In this document: one piece after another, positions 1-11,700 of the stretch
Position numbering within the stretch: position 1 is the stretch's first letter
Layout: each line of letters opens with the position of its first letter
The notes under the pieces: generated by a model
Seen by the model: the letters and a program-made list of their open reading frames with translations, nothing else
Database searches by the model: none
What the model was told of the DNA's origin: nothing
Program-made: the position numbers and the translations under genes
Assembly (NCBI GenBank): GCA_001642005.1
Contig: LWCA01000150.1
Location: 1 to 47,105, forward strand
Reading direction: 5' to 3'
DNA length: 47,105 nt
Origin: Intoshia linei
Taxonomy: Eukaryota; Animalia; Orthonectida

Positions 1-1291
1 TTACATGATAAAGATTATAAATACGGTCAAGTTGATGTTATATCAGTAAAAAAACCGATATGGCATTTATTATTACAAATACCTCTATTTGAAAAATCAA
101 TTCAATTCTAAAACTGTCCAACAATGAATCAAATATACCAAGTGAAAGTGCACTATTTTATAATATAAACAAAATTTTAAAAACCGTTAAAGAAACTTTA
201 ATAAATGATGTAGCTTCGTTTAACCAGAACTTGTGTTTACATTTTGACGGCAAAAGAATAATTAGATATGACGGCCATAAAACTGAGAAACTGGCTGTTT
301 GTATTTCTGGAGAAAATTATTCAATACTTATTGCTTTACGGTCATTAAATAATAGTAAGGGTCCTACAATATACCAATAAATTCTAAATGTGTTGGAGTT
401 ATTTAATATTAATGATAAAATATCAATTGTGATTTGCGACAGAAGAAGCTCCAACACCGGTATTCATCAGGGTGTAATAACTTATTTGAAACAGATTTTG
501 CTAGAGTTTACATACGAAGGTTGTCGGTTTCATATATTAAACCTTATACTTAAACACGTTTTTTATACTGTTTTACAAGTTAATACAAATTCACCCAATA
601 TTTCATTTTCGTTTGTAACAAAACTTAAAGAAAATTTTGTTATTATAAAATCTTAATATATTGGAGAAATTAATATATAACACAATGCTTATTTACAGGG
701 AAATTGGCGTAATGACTACAAAGAATTATCTGAACTAATAGACGCTTATAAAACTAATAAAATACCAAAAAAATCCAATTATCAAATTTAAAAAGCCAAG
801 TGCATTTCTAATTCTCGTTAGAGTGCAAAAGCATTATATGCATTGAAATCATACATCTTAAATATGGATAGAGCACCAGAGATGAAACAAATTTGAGATT
901 TTATAGCAAATGTTTGGTCTAAATGTTGGTTTACATGCAGATTTCAAACATTTACAGAATGGGATTCTATAGAAGCAGAATTGCTATTAAATTATCCAAC
1001 TGTAGTTAAATGTTTGAACAAGCATTGGCTCCCCAAAAACACTTTGAGCAGAAAGCTAAAAATTTCGTACAATAATGAAATAGCAGAACGGGTTTAAAAT
1101 GCATGACTATTTCATCTGATGAAAAATTAGAACAAATGTGTATAAAAAAATATAACAATTATAATTAAAATAATTAAAATAAATTTTAATCTAATTATAC
1201 GACTATAAAACATACATTGTATACAAAATGGGACATACAGCCAAAAATACTTATTGAATTTCAAACAAAAATGTTAAATTGGGACACTCTA
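1..1291 (+). pseudogene. Decayed hAT-like (probably hATm-type) DDE transposase with right terminus; element truncated by the window start
   Basis: Frame +3 reads LHFDGK..EKLAV..(in-frame TAA at 378)..CDRRSSNTG..GCRFHILNL. Later fragments read WRNDYKEL, R*SAKALYALK and NNEIAER. These match the HxDGK / DTTxSNTG / CxxH / RDDY / RWxAKAIY / NDxAER motif series of this transposase group. Several stops and frameshifts. Ends in GGGACACTCTA at 1281-1291, the reverse complement of a TAGAGTGTCCC terminus. Confidence 0.8.
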
Positions 1292-1307
1292 TTATACATA
1301 AGTCTTA

Positions 1308-1461
1308 TGTAACGTGGCCAGAAAAAATACGTACTTTTAGCTTATTTGGTGTTAGATATAAAGCCAAAACTACTTATCTATGCTGAAGAATAAAAATTTT
1401 CAGCTTAAAATTTATTCCAAACAAACTAAAAGTGATAGTACGTATTTTTCTGGCCACTTTA
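1308..1461. mobile_element. MITE with ~25-bp TIRs; second copy at ~31382-31537
   Basis: taacgtggccagaaaaaatacgtact ... agtacgtattttt-ctggccacttta. A closely similar interior (aaaactacttatc..gaataaaaattttc..actaaaagtgatagtacgta) occurs at 31382-31537. Confidence 0.75.
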
Positions 1462-2299
1462 CATAAGTTTTATGTAAAAAATAGTTAAGAAATATAAATA
1501 GTATTAACGGTAATAAAATATTCACAAAAGTAATGAATTAAATTTTATCATATTTAAATTCGTTTTATTTATAAACTTAACAAAATTATTTTTTTACAGT
1601 AGTACTTAAAAAATGTTTGAGTAGAAGCATTTAAAATATTTTGATTTAGTTAATATAAATTCAGGTTTTTTTTTGAAATTATATATTTTTTTACAAAAAA
1701 TATGAAAAGTTTGTCCGTGAACTGTGTCTAAAATATACATTTTTTATTGATTTTTTTTAATTAATATTATTAGTTTCCCTAGTTTATTATTTCATTATTC
1801 ATTAGTTTCATTAGTTTTAGTTGATCTATGTTATATCTTAAAATTATAAAAAATGCATGCAACTACGGGAAAAAAAATGTCATCATATATTTTATGATAA
1901 AAAATGATATGGAAAACAGTAAAAGGTAAAAACGAGGGGTTTTTTGTGACGAAAATAAAAAATTTGATATCATTCTGCAACAATTTATACGGAAATTATT
2001 GTCTATATATGTCTTTTTTACATTTCAAAAAGAAGTGCAAATTGGAATAGCCATAATGTACATTCTACAATATACATTAGGCTGTCACACGTATCTAAGA
2101 ATCCATGATAATTAGTTAAAAATTAAAACTGAACTTTATTCGATGGATAAAGTAGATATAATTACATAACCCATCAATAAGCGGTAAAATAGGCTGATAA
2201 TAATGTTAATACGTACTTTTATTATTACAATTGTTTTAAAGGTTAATAAAAAATTGAAGATATTAGAGTTTCATTATATACAGGTTTGTCTGTATATAT

Positions 2300-2632
2300 C
2301 AGGGGTGTCAGACTCAATTTGCTTGACGGGCAAAATGTGACAAAAAAATTATTACGTGGGCCGCATAAAAAAATATATGTACTTGAATCATTATCAAACT
2401 AACAGTTTTAATTAAATAATAAAATGAAATAAAAAATAATTATAATTATAATTAAAATTATTCTTAATAATTTTAAGTGCATAACGAATGCTAAAATTGT
2501 AATCAGGAATAAATAAATTATGAAAAATATATGAAAAAAGAAATATTGGTACAAAAATTTGTTATAACGCGGACGGCACATTCCATAATTGGAGCTGCAA
2601 ATGGCCCACTGGCCCTATAATTGAAACCCCTG
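2300..2632. mobile_element. hAT (Charlie-like) MITE
   Basis: TIRs caggggtgtca ... tgaaacccctg, with subterminal GGGCCGCA/GGCCC motifs. TSD is degenerate. Confidence 0.65.
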
Positions 2633-2700
2633 ATATACAATATCAATCTAATTATTATTATAATACGTAATAATATATATATATATATATATATATTTAG

Positions 2701-5700
2701 ATATATTATATAAAAACACTAAATATTATCATGACATGTTCAGCATCTTCAAAAAATTCCATTTCTCTGTTAGAAATTGAATATTTGCATGAATTATTAG
2801 AGCAAAGGTATATTATATAATTAACTAGGTTGACTGTTATTTACTACGTACAAACAGGACCTGGCTCTGCTGAGGGCACATTTATATTATACTTAAAAAA
2901 TAAATTCACGTTGAAAATCTAACTTAAAAATCCTACTATTCACTATTATAAATCCTTTAAAGGAGTGGTTCCCAAAGTTGTTTCAGTTGGAATCATTATA
3001 TCACATTATTTTTTACTTTAAAGTGAATTATTCCATTTTAATTTTTTGTTTAGTAACATTTGCGTAAAGAATTTTAAAAACTATTGTTATCGCATTTTTT
3101 TAATTTATTAGACAGAATGTGTGTATTAGGGTGTGAATTTTTTCACTTTTTTTGTGAAAATACAAAAGTGCCACCTCATACGTGGAATATGGGGTTAAAT
3201 GATACACAATTATCAAAAAGTTATATAAAAAGGATTAAAAAAAACCCTGGGGCAAAGCATTTCAAAATATGAATAATGAGCAAAATTTAATTTATTTTGT
3301 ATAGTAAATTTCATAGTAATAATTATTTCGATAACAATTAATTTTTAATTTATATTTTTTTTATTTATTCAGTTTTCTCATTGGAATCGGTTTTTTTATC
3401 AATTCGGCGTTCATGATTCGCTAGACTATAATTTTACGCATCTTTATAGCTATTTGTTTAAAAAATTTTATATATAAAATAATATTTTTAAGAAAATTGT
3501 CCTATATTAGTTACTGTGAGCGATATATTGTTCAAAACTTTAGAGGCGATGCCCCAGGGTTTTTTTTAAACAGTTGGGAGGTAAGATTGGGTGGAAATTG
3601 AATATTTTCAAAATGTTCATATGGTGGAAGGGTGCAATTTTGATATAAAAATTCGTTCACACCCCTAATGTGTATAATATTAAAAATAGTAAAAACAATC
3701 CAACCGTAAAAATTGTCATAAATAGCATAAATTCCAGAAAAAATAATATTATAAAAACCTATTTTATAAATTTAGTAATAAAACTATCAACAAAAAAATA
3801 CCAAAGCACTTTAAATTAAAACAGCTCTCCATTCCAAAAGGAGTCAATTGTATTGTATATTCATTAAAATCAAATTTGATTTTTACCGGAGGAATAGATA
3901 AAATTATTCGAGTTTGGCATCCTCACATGTTAGTCGCTCCAACCGGTTTTATTTTTCCAATTATCTTACTTATTACTTTACACATAGGAAAGTTATATGG
4001 ACATTTATTTACAATTATTGCTTTTACTGTTAATGAATCTGATCAACATTTGATTAGTTTGTCAACTGCCAGAATATTTCATGTTTGGGATATTCACACT
4101 TATCTTTTATTACAGGTGATTAATTAAATTATACATTTTTGTTAGATATAAATGTCAATTCACTCAATGTTCAACATATAGATATACAGATATTCAACAA
4201 TGTGTGGTGTATTTACATTATAGGGATTAATTTAAAAATTATTTGCTTTTTATTTTAATTTTAAACGACTATAATTTCATCAATTGTTTATTAGGTATTC
4301 GCTGACACGGAAGAACGTTTGGGTGAACGACGAATTTATAGTATTATATTTAACAATAAAACAGATTTATTGATAATGGGTTTATTTTATTTATTTTTTT
4401 ATACACAATACTGATTCATCAGTGTTACTTAACTATGCATATAAAATTATTTCTTAATAATATATTTTTTATCATATCACATCATATTGTATCATATTAT
4501 ATGAGCCATGCTAAACAATTAATCAAGGAGGTAATTAGAATAAAATAGATACCGCCACTTAAATTAGTTCTTGATAAATTTTACAGCGTTTAATTTTTCT
4601 AGAATATAATAATAAAATAATAACAATAAGTCTTACATTGAAGACTTATAACAACATCCTCGTAATTTTGATGAGAATAATACAGTTATTATTGCATAAG
4701 TTTCATGAATTAATTAAATAAAAATTTTCCTCTCTATCTTCAATTATGAAATTGATGATTGTAAAATTCCTCAAATGCTTTCTAAATCAACATACTTTTT
4801 ATACTTTTGTATATGGTACAGTGTTTCCCAAACGAAAAATTTTTACGGGTCCGCGAAATAATTTTTACTAATTAAAAGTCAATATATTACAATTATGATT
4901 AAATTTTTTTATGTTTCCTAGTAATTTCACTTTAATGGTCCGCAATAAATTTTATAATTTATAATTTATATTACTAGAAAATAAAGATGAATCCAAAAAA
5001 TTATTTTTTGAAATTTTTTTGAATTTTTTTTAGTATTATAATTTTTGTAGTAATAAAACATAGAAATAACATATTGATATTTTATGGAACAGCGGTTGAG
5101 TATCACTGATTTATTTTATCTATTTTTTAATTTTATTTAATTTTAGGCTCAAGTGTTATAGATACGTGGGCATTGGTAAAATCTTCATATGAAATTGAAA
5201 AATTACCCCATACACATGATTGTCCACTTGTTCATGTAATTAAAAAAAATAGAAAAAGGGCAGTTTGATATAAAATTTACCAGGTTGTGATAATATTTAG
5301 TTTTATCCATTTAAATGTAGTCTACTATGTAGACCAGGCGTTATTTTAAATTCATTAAAATGTCAAAAGAATTCATTTTTTAACAAATCTAATTAAATTT
5401 TAATTCCAAACATAATATAAAATACTCGATTTACTGTTATGTACTACGTATAAACAACACCTATTTCTATTCCATTATTTTAATTAATTATACAGAATGT
5501 GTGTAATACACTAATATTAAAATTTAATTAAAATTTAATATTAACACACTGTGTATAATATTAAAAATAAAGTAAAAACAGTCTAATCCTAAAAATTGGC
5601 ATAAATAGCATAAATTACAAAAAAATAAATTTATAAAAACCTATTTTGTCATTTCTATTGTGATATTCAATATTAATTTAATAAATACTTTAGATAAATA

Positions 5701-8700
5701 ATAAACAAAATGTTTTGAAAATGAGAATTTGAAATTTAAAAATTGCGTAGCAATGAAAAATATTCAGAAGGAATGAATTATACACATATTCCCACCCATA
5801 TTTCTTTATTGGAAATGTGTAGGCGTTCAATGCACATTTTTTTTTAAAATTGTAGGATCAATATTTACATTTTCAATTTTTGATTTATTTTATTATTATT
5901 TTCGAAATATTTGAAAAATAATGGTTCAAAATATATTAAAAATTATTTTTCACCGGAATGCGTAGATTTCTGGGGTTGAAATTTTGTATTTATACTAACT
6001 GGAATAAGCTTCATCAGAATAATCTTTTTTATTAATTATTTCAGTTAATATAACCCAGTTTGGGCTTAGAATATTAAAAGAATTTTAAAATAATGCATCA
6101 CAATATATTAGTAAGTAATTAAAATGTGATCGTAAAACTCAATAATGCCCCTATTCATAAAAAACTTTTATTCTATTATATTATTATTAGATATTTATAA
6201 ACGACGAACTAAATCAAGTAGTTACAATATGTACGGAATCGATAATAAAAGTTTGGCAAATATGGACCGGAGAAATGTTGTACAAAATTATATTTTCTCC
6301 TATTGATAAAGTTAACATCACATGTGGAGATATCGACGATTCCGGATATAGATTTGTGGTGGGAAGTTCTATCGGACTTATAAAATTATTTGAATTTACA
6401 TTCGGCCACGAATTGAAAACTTATTCATTGCCCCACAGAGTCAACATAACAGACAGTCTTGCTTATTCGATATCATTTATCAAATTTATACACGATAGTG
6501 TTAGAAAAATTGTGGTTTGTGAAACAAACGGTCGTATCACATTTTTTGAGGTAAATTATTTATTTCTTCGTCTCAAATTAGTATTTTTAAAGTTTAAATG
6601 GTAAATTATAATTTATATCAATAATTAAAATTATTGATTCGCAAAATAATGCGCGCGTTGTTTATACATAGTAGATTTTATTTGTTTTATTATTGACTAA
6701 AAAATATGTGCGGCATGGTAAATTTTGAACTGGAGATATATTAATTAAATTTACAAATTAAAGTATTACTATTTATATAATTAATTAACAATTACTAAGA
6801 TTAGTTTTGAAACCTGCAAAAAATTCAAAGGAAAATGATGAAATGTTTTATAAATAAATAATAATTTTTATATTTATGTTAGTAATAAGGGCATTGTTAT
6901 ATTGAAGGTACATGAAAAAACCTGTTAACAATTTAACTATATTCGACCCTAAATACAGCGACCTACCAGTTGATAAACCATGGTTGAACATGTCATTAAT
7001 ATTAACATTATGAGATTTCATTTTAAAAATTTTTTAAAATAAAATAAACGTATTATGTATCAATAATTAACTGAATCAGCACTTTATAAACATATTTCAG
7101 GTGCATTTTACCAATATTACAAGGATTGTAATAAATATAAAAATGATAATAATAAGGTTGGATTACTTTTAGTAATTCGTTGTAGTTTTAATTTAAATTT
7201 TAAACAAAATGTTTTGATAATAAGAATTTGATATTTAAAAATTTAAAGGAATGAATTATATAGATTTTCACCTATATTTCGTTATTGGAAATGTGTAGAC
7301 GTTAAATGAAAATTTTTCTTTGAAATTGTAGGATTAATATTGACATTTTTATTATAATCGAAATATTTGAAAAATATTGATTGATAATATATATTAAAAA
7401 TTATTTTTCATCGGAAATGTGCCGATTTCTGGGGTTCAAATTTTGTATTTATATCAACTGGAATAAGCTCTATCAGAATAATTTTTTTTTGGTAATTTGC
7501 GGATCGTTAATTATTTCATATTTTTTTTTTAATAAAATATTTCGGAAAAAAATATAGGAATACTAAAATGCTTTTTTGAATATGAAGGCGTCACTTATTC
7601 GGAATGAAATTTTTTGTGTATGTTAACAGGATACAACTGTACCACCTGTAAATTTTTTTAAATTCTAGGGCTGTGTTAATTTAAAAAAAAATATAATTTG
7701 GGATTCTGACCCTGAAGATATATTTTTTTTAAATTTAAATTTATGATAATATTTATGCTTTTAAAATCCGTATCAGAGTATATATTTTTTTAAATTTTCC
7801 AACTTGTTTGATTTTCAAAAAAGGACAATTGGGATTTTTGACCCTTAAGATGTGAGTTTGGGAGGTTCAAATTTATCTTACTAACACCCCGGAAAAACTG
7901 TAATTGAAATGTGGACTTTATAAAATTCTAAGACTGGTAGTTATTGCAATAAATGATAACACACATATTCACATACAAACAAAGCATTTGATATAAGTAA
8001 GGATTATAATCCTTAATCTTTAATTAATTTAGAATTATAAATTAATTAATTTAGGATGACAATTCTACTCAACTTATACCATTAAAGACATGTTACTCTT
8101 TTTCATCATATATACCTGAAATTCAAACAAAAGTGTTTAAGGATATAATTAATCAAGACGATATATACATAAATATAAATCAAAAATTCACCGACTCTGC
8201 TTTAATAGCAAAACAAGAGGTAAATTTAATTAAATTTATGAATATATCTTTTTAGAATTTGTTTGTATCTCAGAAACATTATGAACTCTACAATAATGAC
8301 AAACTTATTATTACACATAATGATCAATTAATTGTAATGAATATAAAAAAATTTATCGTAGAATACATTTTAAAAAATCCTAATCAACGTAAATTTTCAA
8401 ATAATAATATATTTACACATCATCTTGTAAATCAGCGTTTCCCCACCATTGAAAGCCTCCACGTTAAATTTTAATTTAGCTGCCACGTTTCTAGGCCCGT
8501 CAATTCATTTTTAAATTTTTACATATCCGCGATAGTGCGAAGGTTGGGAAACATTGATGTAAATTGTAAATGTATAATATTATTGTTATCAAAAATTATT
8601 TAGATAAACATGCAATGAGTCAGAATAATATGATCATTTACATATTAAATTGTAGAAATCAGGCAGTACCTGCAATACAGTCAAAATTTAATTTAATTAA

Positions 8701-11700
8701 AGACGCATATATGAACTTACCATTGACAAGTAAAAAAAGTTTAGAATAAAAATAGTATTTGTAAAAATCTGGGTGGTGCATGAAACAAAATTTTTTATTT
8801 CACACATGTTGATATCTGAAGACATAAAATGATTTATTTATTTATCATTTCTACCTTTGCAATCACACGGGTTTGATTTTTAGTTACATTTGTAAATATT
8901 AAATAAAATTTACGTTTCTAAATATATTATTCTTCTCATTTAATGTTTAATATATTATATTATAATATAATTATAATTATTGATTATTTTAGACTTACCC
9001 CATTTTGTACCACTTTGATATAAGTCTGATAGAGTATTATTTTATTTGTTATTTTAGAATCCAGGTTATCATCAGGAAGTATGCATAATATTAATGTATC
9101 AAAAGTTTCCAGGAAATCTGGTTTCTCAACGGTGTTGATAGAGCAGTCATATGCTACTAAATGCTTTCAATTCGAATCCATAATAGTTACAGGAAATAGT
9201 CATCATAGATTAGATTTTTATAAAGAAAATGAATCTGTATATTTTTTTTAATTATTAAAAAATTTCATGTAGAAATGCATATTTTCTTTAAGCCCAAAAT
9301 TAAAAAAATTACCAGAATATGTCACTGCTATAACCGCAGATGAAAACAAAACAGTGTTGTTTTCAGCTGACCGACGTAATTTTTTATTTTTTTTATAATT
9401 AATATATATAATTATAATGTATAATTTTAATCATTTATCATAAATAGTGGGATATGTTGTCAAGTGGAGTATTGAAATGTTTTTAGAAAATTTTGTAATA
9501 TTTTATGATTTTGAAAAAATTTTATTATTAATTTTTATTTTAGGATGAAACTTTAATTCAAGAAGAAACAATCTTCCGAGCACATTTATCTTGTATAGTT
9601 GACATTAAAGTGAAAATTTCAGAAAAAGTCAGTTTTATCGTGACTGCTTCTGTAGATGGTTCAGTACGGTAAAATTTTTAATCCAAAAAAATAAATTTTA
9701 TATCCTTTACATACAAAAAATTAAGGTGTGTCTATACTTTCGTAACAGTATTTTTTTCATTAAATCATGTACATTGTATATTGCCCAACGTCTCAACTAC
9801 TTCTTTTTAATTAAACATTTCAAAAATGCATACTATATAAAAATATGCACTAAACATAATTTACTTTTTAAAGATAATTTGAAAATATTATCAAAATTTT
9901 AAATGTTCTATAGTTTTGTCGCGGAGTGTACTACTGCACAGACTGTATAAAAAAATTATATGTCTGTTTGTTACTGTTTATTTAAAAATTAACAGTCGTA
10001 GAATTTAAATAAGCCCAATTTTTAATAAAATTTTTCCGGTCATGTTTGTATCTTAGTTTTATTTATTGAAATTGAGTTTTTCAGGGTTTTAAAACACAAT
10101 TTGCCTTTTTTTAAATAAAATCAGCCCAAAAATTTAAAACTATTCAATAGTCAACTATTAAATATAATTAAAATAAATATAAATATATATCTGCATTTAA
10201 AAATACTTTGCATTTAATTTTATAATTAATATAGTAAAAATTTGCACATATTGTTTTTAGTATATGGAACGCTAAACATTGTCAATATATTGGATTCTAT
10301 GGACAATCCCAAAATATATATGATATTTTTATTAGCAAAAATGATAAAATTTACCCTGATGATATCAATGAGGTTACAATAATAAAATTATACTTTTACA
10401 ATTATTTATTAATATTAATCATCTAGCCATCTATTACATTCCAAAAATCAAAATTTGATAAAAATAAACCAAGAAATATTGCATATCCTTTAAAATTTAA
10501 TGAAAAAAAGTATACATTTACAATTTTATTATATTTTATACAGAGGATCATCGTCGGGATGTACCATCTCCCTAAAGTAAAATTTTCAAATTATGAAGCT
10601 GGTAAAAATATATATTCATTTTTTAAATCTTTTTGTAAAATGACAGTGGATTACAAAAATAAAAATATCAAATTGGATAAAAATAAAATTTAAATATAAA
10701 AACATTTTTTAAAAAAATTATGTGGGCCGGATGAAATCTGTTCGCGGGCCCTAGATTGTCCATCCTTGACCTATAACAGTTTTTCTTAGACTTAAATCTC
10801 AACCCATCTGACACTCAAAATCACTGACGCAGACCATGATGCATGACAAAGACATGTTAAAAATTTTGGAAATTATTGCCAACACTTAGTTTAAAATTGA
10901 AATTATCAGAAAATTATAACGAGTATACATCAATTTGTAAAGTTTATTTTGTAAAAGATTTTGTTAAAATTATTTTATATAACAATTATATAAAATAATA
11001 TAACAATAATTTTATTCATTTACATTAAATTTTTTTAATGAAAATTTTAAAGAGTTTTAATATTTTTTTATTAACCAAGCTGTAAGGTTGTTTTTCAATT
11101 TTAAGTAAAGCGATAAAACTCTGGTACGTATACGAATATTCATTTAACAAAATCTTTTACAAAAGCGACCATTTACAAATAAAACTATACAAAAGAGACT
11201 ATTTACAAATAAAATTTTACTAATTGACCCACTATGAATTATGACCGTCAGAGGTCCGCGGAACCCCAGATTAAGAAAAACTGGTTTCTACGCAGTGGTT
11301 AATTTTCGAGCTTCTATTTAACATAATTTATTGTATTCAATTTAAAGTGACAAATTTAATTTTTATTTTAATCTCTCTTAATTAATCCTCTTAAATTCTA
11401 ATCAAAATAATACAATTTCATTGAATATAATAGTCAATTTTTCTTTCTTTTGCTCTACTCTTGAGAGCACTAACGGTTTAATAAATTAAAAAGGTCAATA
11501 TTTCATTAGAAAACTTTAATTTTCATAAAATTTGCATTTAATCTCAAAATTTTATATTGTTCCTTGGTTTTTTAATATAACCACCTTTAGTAAACCAATC
11601 TAAATTAAAAATTACGAATTAAAACTTTAATGAAAATTATTACTTAAATTTACTGACAATAAAAATTTAAAAATTAAACAATGATCGGGTGAACAAAAAT

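Noticed and set aside
1-1150. Alternative genetic code or stop readthrough in the transposase
   Set aside because: Stops co-occur with frameshifts, and host genes read cleanly in the standard code. This is simple decay.
2040-2130. Possible additional upstream WDR64 exon
   Set aside because: I could not find an open, phase-compatible frame with convincing splice sites.
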